Position numbers and translations under genes: made by a program
Assembly (NCBI GenBank): GCA_051294375.1
Contig: CM119265.1
Span: forward strand, 17,488,018-17,552,017
Source: Paraspadella gotoi
Taxonomy: Eukaryota > Animalia > Chaetognatha
DNA length: 64,000 nucleotides
Direction of reading: 5' to 3'
The notes under the pieces: model-generated
Databases searched by the model: none
What the model was told of the DNA's origin: nothing
The model's input: the letters and a program-made list of their open reading frames with translations, nothing else
Shown here: one piece after another, positions 35,601 through 48,327 of the stretch
Position numbering within the stretch: the stretch's first letter is position 1
How the letters are laid out: each line of letters starts with the position of its first letter

Positions 35601-36128
35601 TGAAGTCTTGTTGAAAAAAAAAAAAAAATCAATTGGTTACAATTTTCTTACCATATCTTTTCAAATCTATTGCCTACTGATTAATCGCGAGACGCTTGCT
35701 TCTTCCAAAAAAAAAAAAAAAAAAAATTTCATCAAAACCTTTCTTATCCTTCAGTGCGCATTCAAGTAAATCGCGAACGAGCCCACTCCGGAAACGCCCT
35801 CACCAACATCTGGGCGTCCATCGATATCCAACGACCTCGCGTTCTCACCCTAGCGACTCGTTTGGCCACTCCCACGGGCTCTGACGAAGAAATCTGGACA
35901 AGTTTCATCTCCGTTCTCATAACGGATTGGTTGCGACCAAGTCTGACGAAATTCGCCGAGAATCAACTCGATATCCTGAACAATATGAAGGAAAACTTTC
36001 ACCTAGATCAAATCGCGATGGACATGAGGATCGCCAACGACGTGGACGGGGTCACCCTGAAGGACATGGAGATTCGCGCCGTTGAAGGATCGCTCTACGT
36101 TGGGGTCGATGTGGAGCGAAAGAGTTAA
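26626..36128 (+). CDS. Mosaic secreted serine protease fused to a BPI/LBP module (SP-2xKringle-2xF5/8C-like-Trypsin-LDLa-pseudo-trypsin-LDLa-7xEGF-BPI1-BPI2), ~1881 aa
   Basis: Exons 26626-26663, 26752-26922, 28004-28956, 29045-29962, 30097-31969, 32290-32643, 33501-33620, 33743-33975, 34044-34228, 34298-34724, 35755-36128; all junctions GT-AG and phase-compatible, total 5646 nt. Kringles FCRNRD..PWCF and CRNPDG..PWCY; activation R-ILGG; triad TAAHC / NDVAVL / GDSGGP; LDLa FQCSNGWC..DCKDGLDE; BPI-like GGVLFAITETGLD, INEYCINRVL..QEG, GSLYVGVDV. Confidence 0.85.
27152..27932. repeat. Fragments of a dispersed repeat family in intron 2 of the mosaic protease
   Basis: CAAGATAAT..CAAGCTTTCAATC..TTATTCACTCCCAGAG.ACCTGGCTTCC occurs at ~27152-27236 and ~27658-27745. 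TTATGAAATTGGTA..AAATTATCCATTC..TCTTGCCCCTGACTTT occurs at ~27550 and ~27873, and TTATGAAATTGGTACAACCAATATAA recurs at ~63968. Confidence 0.65.
34898..35600. mobile_element. MITE-like element carrying a tRNA-derived SINE-like head (~34965-35040)
   Basis: Imperfect 18-bp inverted ends TATTATAAAATAAGATGG / CCACCTCATTTTATAATA. Internal A-box-like TAGCTTGGATAGCTAAG and degenerate B-box-like GGATTTAATCCC. Confidence 0.5.
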
Positions 36129-37329
36129 GAAAAAGTTGAACATTGAACAAGCGGAGGATTTTAGAGAATTTTTTAACTGACTGAGATACTGGTAGGAGAC
36201 TTTTCGCAAAAAAAATATTTATTAATAATTAATATTTAAATATAAAGTGAATTCAAAAATTAGGTAGGGAAACATTTTTCCATAATAAATATAATATATA
36301 TGTTTATTGTTTAATGAATGTCTTACCTACATTTTTTCTTAAAAACGAATTAAATATGTATAATAATTATGAGATATTGATGTTTTTCGAAGCTATTTAT
36401 ACAAGAAGTTATCTGGATTTATTTTATAATTATATTTCCGTGTTTTGCTATGCCTATTACATATTGCTTTTCTCGGGCAAAAGATGACCAAAAGAGGGCT
36501 TTCTAAGTCTCGCACGAATATCTGTTCAAAAATATTTAAACAAAAGATTCTGTGATTCGTTTGTAAACCGTGTGATTATTTATAATTATAACCACTGCGG
36601 TACATGGCCTCATCTCTTGGACTGGTCTCATGAATAGGTTTGTTTATAAATAAACTGACTTTTTGTCTGATCCGTTCGAATCTTAAAAGAATGAATGAAT
36701 AATGAATGGTTTACGTTTAGCTTAATATTCTTTAATACAGACTTGAATGTAACGTTACTATTTAGAGATACTTGTTTTCAATTTTAGCTTTTAAACCTAA
36801 ACGTATCAATTAAATGAAAAAAAAGAAGGTAAATTGCACATAATTTATTACTATTTTCATAAATTTCAAGTCATTGCCATTATGTTACAGAAGAAAATCA
36901 AAACTGTACTCAAATGTGAGATCAAATGAAAATGATTAACTTCTTTCAAGAGAAAAACATATGAAAAGACTTAAATATTAATTACTAATTTAACTTAAAT
37001 CGCTTATTCGTTGATAATGGTAGGCTATTGTGCAGATTATGATTAAGTGCTCAAAAAGAAAGTGGCATAGTTTGTGGAATCCGTGCTCGAAAACGCATTG
37101 AATTTGTTACAAATTTATTAAAGTTTAAATTCCATTAAGGTAAATTTAATCTTTTGCTAGAATTGATTAACTTTGAACGGAAAACTTCATCAAAGATTAT
37201 TATTTTGGTTTAATTTTTTAGAATTACTCAACTGTCTTTCAGCCAACTGAATCTGCATTCACAATTTTTAAAGAATTATACATTCGCAAACAAGACAAGA
37301 AAAAAGGATAAGGCTTTTTTTAACGTTGG

Positions 37330-37470
37330 GCATTGGAAATGATTATCAGTGCTTCGGAATTTGTAATGATATGACTGGTATCAAGTTAAGCAAAATCAAG
37401 GGAAAGATATGGATTTCGAAAATTATTTCCTCCACGAGCTAGCGACTTGTAGCCTCATTGAAAATAGTGA
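37330..37470 (+). mobile_element. Highly decayed Tc1/mariner transposase relic
   Basis: Translation FPPRASDL*..IEN near 37425-37468 resembles the WPPxSPDLxPIEN motif; no clear TIRs found. Confidence 0.35.
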
Positions 37471-38532
37471 CACAAATACATCATGATAGAGCCAACAACA
37501 TGTCGAATTTTGTCGATCATATAAATAAAAAGACCAGTGATATAATTTTACGCTAAATTTTATGATTTAAAGTGGGAAAGAAAAAAGTAAAATCATATTT
37601 TTTTAAAGTAAATTTTCAGACTAATCAGTTTTAAAAAAAAGGGTAAATTATAAAGTTTAGTAAACGTAAAGTTAAAACATTTTTTTAATCCTGGAGCGCA
37701 ATTGGCTCAAAGCCAAAGGTCAACAATAATTTAATTTGTTAAAATCAGACTTTCCGTACTTAGAAATCAATCGTTTTTAAAACATAAAAAAATTGTTTTT
37801 TCACAAAATATGGAAGGCAATAAAGAGGAGAAGATTATAAACAAGCTCACTTTTATTCCGTACATCGAGGTGAGTAATTAAGGTTGTGACAGTCAACGTT
37901 CACAAAAAAAAGACTAATTATCATAATAATTATAATAATTAAAAATCGTGGTATAATTTACAAAATAATAAATTACTGGAAAACCTTTGCCGCAGGTTTT
38001 CACAGAGAATGCACTCAAATCGATCTGACTTTTCTTCCTCTCTCTTTTTCTCTCGTCATCATCGCCCAAAGTTTTTGACTAATTTCAAATATTTAAGGCG
38101 GTTTTTTCCTTGTTTAAAAAAGAAGATAAGAAGAAGAAGAAAAAAAAACAAACTACAACTGCAGCTAAGGTAAGGGACGAAACGGTAAGGCCATCGTAGG
38201 TGAATGGGATATCTTTTTTTTCCAATTTTGACTGAAGATTCTCTATTAGAATTTTTAACCGAAGGCTTGGGCGAGCGCGAGCAAGGTGAACGACCTGATA
38301 CGAGGTCGATTGAGATCGACAGCGCCGTAGTTTCGACGAGGATGCGCACGACGGCGCCGCGTGCGCCACGTTGCTGTACGCACGCAGCTTCCTCGTGGCC
38401 GGGCGACAGTGATGCTAACCACTTTACCAGTTCTAGTGAAACGGCGCCTCTTCTAAGAAATTTTTTTTTTCTTTCTCTCTTTTCTCGCTTATCGATTTTC
38501 GATACAGTCGTCGCTAAGGAAAAAAAAAAGGG

Positions 38533-38573
<41 letters not shown>

Positions 38574-38920
38574 AGAGAGACGAAAGAGAGAAGAGGGGCA
38601 AACGAAAGAGCGAGAGGCGAGAAAAAAAAATGGAAAGAGTAGAAAAAAAATTGGAAAGGAAAAGAGGGAATATTGTAACAGAAGAGGAAAGCGATCGGAA
38701 ATATTGCAAATAAAAAGAAAAGAAAAAGAAGAGTAAGATATTTCTTAATAAATATTTAAAAAACAATAGAAGAGAAATAGAAGAAGAAAATAGAAAAAAA
38801 AATGCGATGGACTAGAAAATTATAACGAAAAATGTGTTAATTGAAGAGAAACGAGAGAAAGATTGATCTCAAACTTTGGTCGCCCAACGAAAACGGAAAC
38901 TCGGCCACGCCCATTTCCGG

Positions 38921-40199
38921 TCAGCGAATCTCGCCGTCTCCAACGAGACGCCCCTCGACGCCGCCGCCGCCGACGACGCTCAAGTGCAGCCCCGGGTCGC
39001 CTGATTCCAAAGTCAACGCCTCCACGTCTTCCGGCAGATGGCGATCGCCATAATTGATTCCGGTCACGTGACCGACGACATCGCCAAGATTTTGATGATG
39101 ATGATGATGAAGTTGCGAAGGATGATGATGATGATGATGATTAAGAGGATTGTGATGAGGCACGGAGGGCGAGAAGGAAAAGTTGGGCGGCGTGGCGGCG
39201 AGGGAAGCCATTCCAAGAGACAAATCCCACGAAACGGAGACACCGGCGACGCCGTCCACACCTTCTTCGGCGCCGCCGACGCCGCCTTCGCAACTTCCGT
39301 TCATGTCGCCGTCGTCGTCGCGCGACGCGACGCCGTTTCGCGACGTCGTCGTTTCCGTCGTCGCGATCGTCATTTCTGTCGTTTCTTCCGTCGTCTCGTC
39401 GTTGCGCGCGTCGTGGCCGCGAAGCGCAAAACGATGCTGCTGCTGCTGCTCCTCCTCCTCCGCTGCGCTGCCGGCCGACAGCTGCCCGTCCAGCGACCCA
39501 GGTGGGCTGTCCATCAAGGGGTCCAGGTCCGAGGGCGACAGCGCCCCCAGAGACGCCTCGTCCAGCGAAGTCACGTTGCCGAAGTGCGCGTGGAAAGACG
39601 TCGGCGTCGTCGCCAGGGTAACGGGCGGCGCGGGCGGAGCCGGAAGTCCCAGCAGCGAGGCCTGCTGCTCTGCCGCGGCGGCGGCTGCGCGGGCGGCCGC
39701 CTGTCGCTGCTCCTCCTCCTTCCACTTGTCGATGCTTCGCCGACGCGCGTTCATGAAGAAGTTGGAAACGGTGGAGAGTTCGAGTCCGAGTTGTTGGCTG
39801 ATCGTCATCTGCATCTCTTTCGAAGGCCGCTTCGTCTCGCGGAAGATGGCCAAGAGGGTTCGGCGCTGCGGGACGGGGGAGGGGAGAGAGGAGAAAGGAA
39901 GAGGGGGAGGAAAAGGGGAGGACGTGGAAGGTAAGGTAAGGTAAGGGTTAGGGAAAGGGGCGGAGATGAGAGAAGGCAATTTTTTTAAACGACAATAGAA
40001 AATAGCGAATATATTACTAAAGTATGGATTAACTAGCAAATATTCTTTAATGAGGCGATTTTAACAACACCTTTAATGCACTCTAATACCTGAATGTCGG
40101 TGAAAACGAGTCTGGGTTTTTTGGGTCCATTTTGAGGTTTCGACGGGGGATCGGGGACGTGTTGCGTTGACGGCTCCGTTTCGTCCTTTCGTTTGCAGG
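38921..40199 (-). CDS. onecut: Onecut/HNF6 homeobox transcription factor, last two exons (CUT-domain exon not in window)
   Basis: Exon 40199-40090 ACKRKDE..PKKPRLVFTDIQ spliced in phase 0 to exon 39865-38921 RRTLLAIFRETKRPSKEMQMTISQQLGLELSTVSNFFMNARRRS, the diagnostic F48/M50 onecut homeodomain. Confidence 0.93.
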
Positions 40200-42034
40200 C
40201 TGAAGGAAGAAATAGGAAAGTTCAATTACAATCGGTATTATAAACGTGACACATACATATTTATTACTAGATTGGTGAGAAATACAGTGAGTGACAAATC
40301 TCAGTGAAACAGTTTTTTTGTTTGTTTTTGTTTGTTTGTTTGTTTTTTGATCGTAGAACATCGCAGGACATACAACTTTCCAAGAAGTAGAATCAAACGG
40401 AACAGAGACACGGGCAAATCCCGTAGAAATGGAATCGGTCCCTGTGGAATCAACAGGGGCAAATCAGTGAGCAAACTCGACGGAAATGTCAAAATCGCCC
40501 TTGCTTCTGATCCTCTCCTCTCGTAATAGATAGACCCAGCTTGTTTTAGTTTCAATAGCATTGACCAAATGAGAGTATAAACTCATAAATTGTGGTTACG
40601 TAATTAAATTATTCAATTCACAATTCCTCTGTCCAGTTTGACATCGACGATCGTTACAACTGGTAAACGTTTTAATCTCGGCGCCTTTTTATTTCTTTCG
40701 CTTCTCCGCCGTCTTTCGCCGCCACCGGCGCGCGCGCCAAGCAATTTCGATAAAATCGGCGCTGGAGATTCGCCCGGCCGCCGCCAGAGTCGCTGGGATT
40801 TTTTTCCCCCTCTCTCTCTCTTTCTCTCTCTGCCTTTCTCTCTCTTCTCCCGTAACGGACCTCGATATCTACGCAGCTGCTTCTGTTTCATCCGAAACCG
40901 ATCGATTTTCCCCATGTGGCCCACATTCAGTGTTGCGCTCGTCTGAGTCAAAGAGGTCATCGACGGAGAAGACGCAGATAATTTTCGTCTTCCCCGATTT
41001 TTCTTCTTTTTTTTTTTTCTTGTAAAGATGCATCTGGTTGTGTTTAATCTTGTATTTAATGTTCATCGTTTATATTTTGAATGCTTGCTGTAGTGGCAAT
41101 CGTGAAAGCCGAGACGATGGCAAATTCCAATAGCGTTTCGACTCCATGAAGGGTCTGAGTATTCAGATTTATACTTTATAAAAAACTATACTTTTTGCAC
41201 AGTTAAAAAAATATTCGTGTTTGTCAGGAGGAAGAATTGACAAACTTAAAAATTGTTACCGAACTTTGAGCGTTCACGAGTGTTATTTTTTATTTTTTTG
41301 TCAGTATTTTACATAGTTGTTTCGCGTCGGTTTGTGGTGTTTCTTTTCCTATCATTCCGTTGGCCTCCGCAGTCAGAGCTTTGCCAATTTCGCAGCGAAA
41401 AATATCGGAAAGTTGAGAGAGAGAGAGAGAGAGAGAGGATTGAGAGAGAGAGAGAGAGGACTGCGTGAGAAGAAATGGTGTAAACCGAGCCTCGATTTTC
41501 CAATGGGCGGTTTACACTTTTAAAGAGAAGAGCTTTTGACGGTCGAAAGACCCGACGTTCAGTTCCAGAGCGTTTGCTTTATAGATTTTTCATTTCTCTC
41601 TTATTTACTCCCGTATTTTGCAAAAATTAAAATTTAAATAAGAGAAACATTTACGGTTTAGACCTTAGGTTTCTCTTTTTCAGTCTCTCCTTCTCCCTCC
41701 CATTCCCTATTCCCTTTTCTCTATCTCTCTCCCTTTCCCCGAACGCCCTCCGTCTCGATCTCTCTCGAGCGCTTTACTTTTTCTCGCTCTTTCAAAAAAA
41801 AAAAGGCGAAAAGTTGACATAAAAGTCAATAGTCGATCAACGAGCGAAACTAGCGGACGAAAGAGGCGCTGCTTACTCTCTCCCGTTACCCTTTTTTTTA
41901 TCAATTTTTTTTTTTCGTCGCCCCCCATTTTTTTTTACTTTTTCTAGTTTGTGATTTTTTTAAAAAAACTTTTTCCGTATAAGCAGATTCGTTTTTTTTT
42001 TTCCTTATTTGTTTTCTCGCCTGGAAAGCGGGTT

Positions 42035-42506
42035 ATGGCCGACGACGAACCCTGGAAGAAATTAAAATGTCCGACGGACAGGATCAGGGGTCGATCCATT
42101 TTTATTGATTGCGAAGTAAGAAGNNNNNNNNNNNNNNNNNNNNNNNNNNNNNNNNNNNNNNNNNNNNNNNNNNNNNNNNNNNNNNNNNNNNNNNNNNNNN
42201 NNNNNNNNNNNNNNNNNNNNNNNNNNNNNNNNNNNNNNNNNNNNNNNNNNNNNNNNNNNNNNNNNNNNNNNNNNNNNNNNNNNNTATATATATGTATATA
42301 TTGTATATATTGTATATATATATATAGAGAGAGCGGGAGAAAGAGACAAACCTAAACCTCAATTCCCCCACCAGGAGCGCTACCTCCGCTGGCACAAACT
42401 CAGCGAGACCCATACGCTCGCTTCCGCTCGTCAACGCGTGGATTATTTCGATCCTTTGGCGCCTAAAGATTATCTTGACTTCCGGTTGAAAGCGGAATAC
42501 GATCAG
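42035..42506 (+). CDS. CFAP276: CFAP276/C1orf194 ciliary microtubule inner protein, exons 1-2 (accurate copy, cut by gap)
   Basis: Exon 42035-42115 and exon 42375-42506 encoding RWHKLSETHTLASARQRVDYFDPLAPKDYLDFRLKAEYDQ, matching the C1orf194 motif YFDPxxPKDxLDFRL. Confidence 0.78.
42124..42284. other. Assembly gap (161 N)
   Basis: N run; the equivalent position in copies 2 and 3 holds a GA microsatellite. Confidence 0.99.
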
Positions 42507-42744
42507 GTCGTCAAGTTTGGAGGGATGAAAGAGTTAATCAATGAATAAGGTTAAGATTAAAAATTAAATAGACAGTAGACAGTGATTAGAGTGATTAGTG
42601 TTGCGTGTTCTGTGTTTCGTGAATACTGAACATCGTAAGGCAAGGTGAGATAGAAAGGGAACAATTTGTCTTAAAAACAGAAAAATGTATTGATGAGTAA
42701 AAGAGGAAAGATATATTTTATATATTTGTTAACTTTCTAGGCCA

Positions 42745-42769
42745 NNNNNNNNNNNNNNNNNNNNNNNNN
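42745..42769. other. Assembly gap (25 N)
   Basis: N run of 25. Confidence 0.99.
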
Positions 42770-45700
42770 AAAGAGAGAGATTATTGCCATTATGTTACAG
42801 AAGAAAATCACTGTACTCAAATGTGAGATCCAAATGAAAAATGAATTAATTCTTTCAAGAGAAAAACATATGAAAAGACTTAAATATTAATTACTAATTT
42901 AACTTAAGTCGCTTATCGTTTGATATGTACTATTGGTGGCAGATTATGATTAAGTGCTCAAAAAGGAAAGTGGCATTAGTTGTTGTGGAATCCGGTGCTC
43001 GAAAACGCATTGAAATTGTTTACAAATTTATTAAAGTTTAAAATTCCATTAAGGTAAATTAAATCTTTGCTAGAATTGATTAACATTTGAACGGAAAACT
43101 TCATTCAAAATATTATTTATTTGGTTTAATTTTTAGAATTACTCAAACTGTCTTCAGCCAACTGAATCTGCAATTCACATTTTTTTAAAGAATTAATTAC
43201 AGTCGCAAACCAAGACAAAGAAAAAAGGATAGCTTTTTTTTAACGGTGGGCATTGAAATGATTACAGTGCTTTCGGAATTTTGAATGATATGAACTGTAT
43301 CAGTTAAGCAAAATCAAGGGAAAAAGATATGGGATTTCGAAAATTATTTCCTCCACGAGTAGCGGACTTTTAGCCTCATTGAAAATAGTTGACACAATAC
43401 ATCATGATAGAGCCAAAACATGTCGAATTTTGTCATCATATAAATAAAAAAGACCAGTGAATAATTTTCGCGCTAAATTTTATGATTAAAGTGGGAAGAA
43501 AAAAAGTAAAATCATAATTTTTTAAAGCTAAATTTCAGACAATTCAGTTTTTAAAAGAAAAGGTAAATTATAAACGTTTTAGTAAAACGTAAATTAAAAT
43601 CATTTTTTTTAATCCTGGAAGCGCAATTGCTCAAAAGCCAAAGTGTTCAACAATAATTTAATTTGTTAAATCAGACTTTCGTACTTAGACAATAATCTTT
43701 TTTAAAACATTAAAAAAATTGTTTTTTCACAAAAAATATTGGAAGGCAATAAAGAGGAGAAGATTATAAACAAGCTCCACTTTATTCCCGTACATCGAGG
43801 TGAAGAATTAAGTTGTGACAGTCAACGTCACAAAAAAAGACTTAATTATCATAAATAATTATAATAATTAAAAATCGTGGTATAATTTACAAAAAATAAT
43901 AAATTACTGGAAAACTTTGCCGGCAGGTTTCACCAGAGAAATGCACTCAAATCGATCTGAGCTTTTCTTCCTTCTCTTTTTCTCTCTGTCATCATCGCCC
44001 AAAGGTTTTGAGCTAATTTCAAATATTTAAGGCGGTTTTTCCTTTTTAAAAAGAAGATAAGAAGAAAGAAGAAAAAAAAACAAACTACAATTCAGCTAAA
44101 TGGTGAAGGACGAAACCGTAAGGCCATCGTAGGTGAATGGGATATATTTTTTTTGCCAATTTTGACTGAGAGATTCTCTATGTAGATTGTTTAACGAAGG
44201 CTGGGCGAGCGCGAGCAAGGTGAACGACCTGATACCGAGGTCGATTGAGATGCGGACAGCGCCGGTAGTTTCGACGAGTGATTGCGCACGACGCGCCGCG
44301 TGCCGCCAACGTTTGCTTACGCACGCAGCTTGCCTCGTGGCCGGGCGGACAGTATGCTAACCACTTTACCAGTTCTTAGTGAAACGCGCCTCTTTAAGAA
44401 ATTTTTTTTTTCTTCTCTCTTTCTCGCTATCGATTTATCGATACAGTCGTTCCTAAGGAAGAAAAAAGGGGAGAGAAGCAGAGAGAGAGAGAGAGAGAGA
44501 GACGGAGAAGAGAGAGAGACGAGAGAGAGAGAGAGGGCAACGAAAGAGCAGAGGCGAGAAAAAAAAATGGAAAGAGTAGAAAAAAAATTGGGAAGGAAAA
44601 GAGGAATATTGTAACAGAAAGAGGAAAGCGAATCGAAATATTGGCTAAATTGAAAAAGAAAGAAAAGAAGAAGAAAGTATTCTTAATAATAATTTAAAAC
44701 AGATAGAAGAAAATAGAAAGAAAAAATAGAAAAAAAAAATGCGATGGACTAGAAAATTATAACGAAAAATGTGTTAATTGAAAGAGAAACGAGAGAAAGA
44801 TTGATCTCAAACTTTGGTCGCCCAACGAAAACCGAAACTGCGGCCCACGCCGATTTCCGGTCACGCGAAATCTCGCCGTCTCCAACGAGACGCCCTCGAC
44901 GCACGCCGCCGCGACGACGCCTCAAGATGGCAGCCCCCGGGTCGCCTGATTCCAAGAGTCAACGCCTCCACCGTCCTTTCGGCAGATGGCGATCCCATAA
45001 ATTGATTCTCCGGTTCACGGACCGACCGACATCGCCCAAAATTTTGAATGATATGATGATTGAAGTTGCGCAAGGATGAATGATGATGATGATGATTAAG
45101 AGGATTCTTGATGAGCACGGAGGGCGAGAAGGAAAAAGTTGGGCGCGTGGCGGCGAGGAGGCCCATTCCAAGAGACAAAATCCCACGAAACGGAGACACG
45201 CGGCGACCGCCGTCCACACCTTCTTCGGCGCCGCCGACGCCCGCCTTCGCAACTTCCGTTATTCGCCGTCGTCGTCGCGCGAACGCACGCCGTTCGCGAC
45301 GTCGTCGTTTCCGTCGTCGCGATCGTCATTTCTTCGTTTCTTCGTCGTCTCCGTCGTTTCGCGCGTCGTGGCGCGCGAAGCGCAAAACGAATGCTGCCTG
45401 TTGCTGCTCCTCCTCCTCCGCTTGCGCCTGCGGCCGACAGCGCCCGTCCAGCGATCCCCGGTGGGCTGTCCATCAATGGGTGTCCAGTCCTGGAGGCGAC
45501 AGCGCCCGCCAGAGACGCCTCGTCCAGCGAATCACGTTATGCGCAAGTGCGGTGGAAAAGACGTCCGGCGTCTTCGCCAGGGTAACGGGCGCGCGGCGGG
45601 AGCCGGAAAGTCCCAGCAGCGAGGGCCTGCTGCTCTGCCGCGGCGGCGGCTTGCGCGGCTGCCGCCTGTCGCTGCTTCCTGCCTCCTTCACTTGTCGATG

Positions 45701-48280
45701 CTTCGCCGACGCGCGTTTCATGAAGAAGTTTGGAAACGGTGGAGAGTTCCGAGTCCAGTTGGCTTGATCGTCATCTGCATCTCTTTCGGAGGCGCTCGTC
45801 TCGCGGAAGAGGCCAAGAGGTCGGCGCTGCGGACGGGTGGAGGAGAGAGAAGGAGAAGGAGGAAGAGGGAGGAAAAGGGTGAGGACATGGAAGTAAGTAA
45901 GGGTAAGGGTTAGGGAAAGGGCTGGAATGAGAAGCAGGCAATTTTTTTTTAAACGACAATAGAAAAGCGATATATTACTACAATAATTGATTAAACTTCC
46001 AAATATCCTTTAAAGTTAATGAGGCGATTTTAAAGCAACACCTGTTAATGCACCTCTAATACCTGAATGTTCGGTGAAAAACGAGTCTGGTTTTTTGGTC
46101 CATTTTGAGGTTTCCGAACGGGGGAAATCGGGGACGTGGTTGCGTTGACGGCTCCCGTTTCGTCCTTTCGTTGCAGCTGAAGTAGAGAAAAGAAAAGTTT
46201 CAATTACAATCGGTAATATGAAACCTTACACATACATAATATTACTTAGATTGGTGGGTAAATACAGTGAGTTGACAAATCTTCAGTGAGAACAGTTTCT
46301 TTGTTGTTTGTTTGTTTGTTTGTTTTTTTTGTAGATTGCATCGCAGGAATACAACTTTCAAGAAGTAAGAATCAAACGAAGAAGAGAGACACGGGCAATT
46401 CCCGTAGAAATGGAATCGTCCCTGTGAGGGATCAAACAGGGGGCAAATCGTTAGCAAACTCGACTGAAATTTCAATCGCCCTTGCTTCTGATTCCTCTCC
46501 TTCTCGTTATAGATAGACCCAGCTTGTTCAGTTTCAAAATAGCATTACCAAATGAGAGTATAAACTTCCGTAAATTGTGTTAACGTAATTAAATTATTCA
46601 AATCACAAATTCCTCTGTCCAGTATGAACTTCGACGATCTTACAACTGTAAACGTTTAATCTCGGCTCCCTTTTTTCTTTCGCTTTCGTCCTTGTCTTCG
46701 GCCCCACCGGCGCGCGCGCCAAGCAATTTCGATAAAAATCGGCGCTGGAGATTCGCCCCGGCCGCCGCCAATCGCCTGGGATTTTTTTTCCCTCTCTCTC
46801 TCTCTCTTCTCTCTCTTTCTCGTCTCTGCCTTTCTCCTCTCTTCTCCCGTAACGCGACGCTGCGATATCTACGCAGTCTGCTTCTGTTCATCCGAAAACC
46901 GTATACTATTTTCCCATGTGCCCACATTCAGGTGGTTGCGCTCGTCTGAGCAAAGATGTCATCGACGGAGAAGCCGCAGATAATTTTCGTCTTCCCCGAT
47001 TTTCCTTTTTTTTTTTCTTTGTAAAGATGCATCTGGTTGTGTTTAATCTTGTATTTTAAGTTCATCGTTTATATTTTGAATGCTGCTTGTAGTTGGCAAT
47101 ACGTGAAAGCCGAGAACGATGGCAATTCAATAGCCGTTGACTCATGAAGAGTACGGATGTATTCAGATTATCTTTAAAAAATTACGATTAACTTTTTTGC
47201 AAGTTAAAAAAATATTCGTGTTTTTGTCAGGAAGAAGAATTGACAAACTTAAAAATTGTACCGAACATTGACGTTAACTGGAATGTTAGATTTTTTTTTT
47301 TTGTCAGTATTTTACATAGTTGTTCGCGACGGTTTTGTGGTGTTTCTTTTCCTATCGATTCCTGGCCTCCCGCAGTCAGATGCTTTGCCAATTTCGCAGC
47401 AAAATATCGAAAGTTGAGAGAGAAGAGAGAGAAGAGAGAGAGAGAGAGAGAAGAGAGAGTGAGAGAGAAGAGAGGAAGAGGAGGGAGAGAGGAAAAGAAA
47501 GAAAAAAGGAAAAGAGAAGAGAAGAGAGACTGCGTGATGAAGAAAATGGTGTAAACCGAGCCTCCGGATTTCCAATGGCGGTTTACACTTTTAAAGAGAA
47601 GAGCTTTTGACGGCGAAAGACCCTGAACTTTCAGTTCCAGAGCGTTTGCTTTATACGATTTTTCATTTTTCTTGCTCTTATTTTACTTTTTCCGTTTATT
47701 TTTTGCCAAAAAAATTAAATTTTTAAAAATTAAAGGGGAAAGAAAACATTTTTTACGTTTAAAGACCTTAGGTTCTCTCTTTTTCAGTCTCTCCTTCTCC
47801 CTCCCTTCCCTATTCCCTTTCCTTCTATCTCTCTCACTTTCCCGAACGCCCTCCGGTCTCGATCTCTCTCTAGCGCTTTCTTTTCTCGCTCTTTCAAAAA
47901 AAAAAAAAAAAAGGCGAAAAGTGACATAAAAGTCAATAGTTCCGATGCAACGAGCAAAACTAGCGACGAAAAGACGCTGCTACTCTCTCCGTTCCCTTTT
48001 TTTTATATCAATTTTTTTTTTCGTCGCCCCCCATTTTTTTTAACTTTTTTCTAGTTTTGGTGATTTTTTTTAAAAAAACTTTTCTCCGTATAAGCAGATT
48101 CGGTGTTTTTTTTTTTTTTCCCTTATTTTGTTTTTCTCGCCTGGAAAGCGGTTTATGGCGACGACGAACCTGGAAGAAATTAAAATGTCCCCGACGGAAC
48201 AGATCAGGTTCGATCCCATTTTAACGATTGCGAGAAGTAAGAAGAAGAGAGAGAGAGAGATGAGAGAAGAGAAGAAGAGA

Positions 48281-48327
<47 letters not shown>

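Larger units (their letters stand above)
36873..42744. repeat. Copy 1 (accurate) of the triplicated onecut/CFAP276 block
   Basis: Colinear with 42783-48868 and 49822-56175; reading frames are intact only in this copy. Confidence 0.95.

Noticed and set aside
38059-38766. Long ORFs rich in SL, ER or F repeats (also 6626, 47320, 54404, 56972, 61897 and others)
   Set aside because: Translations of GA/CT microsatellites and purine tracts.
39038-39944. Long plus-strand ORFs antisense to onecut
   Set aside because: Shadow frames of a GC-rich coding exon.
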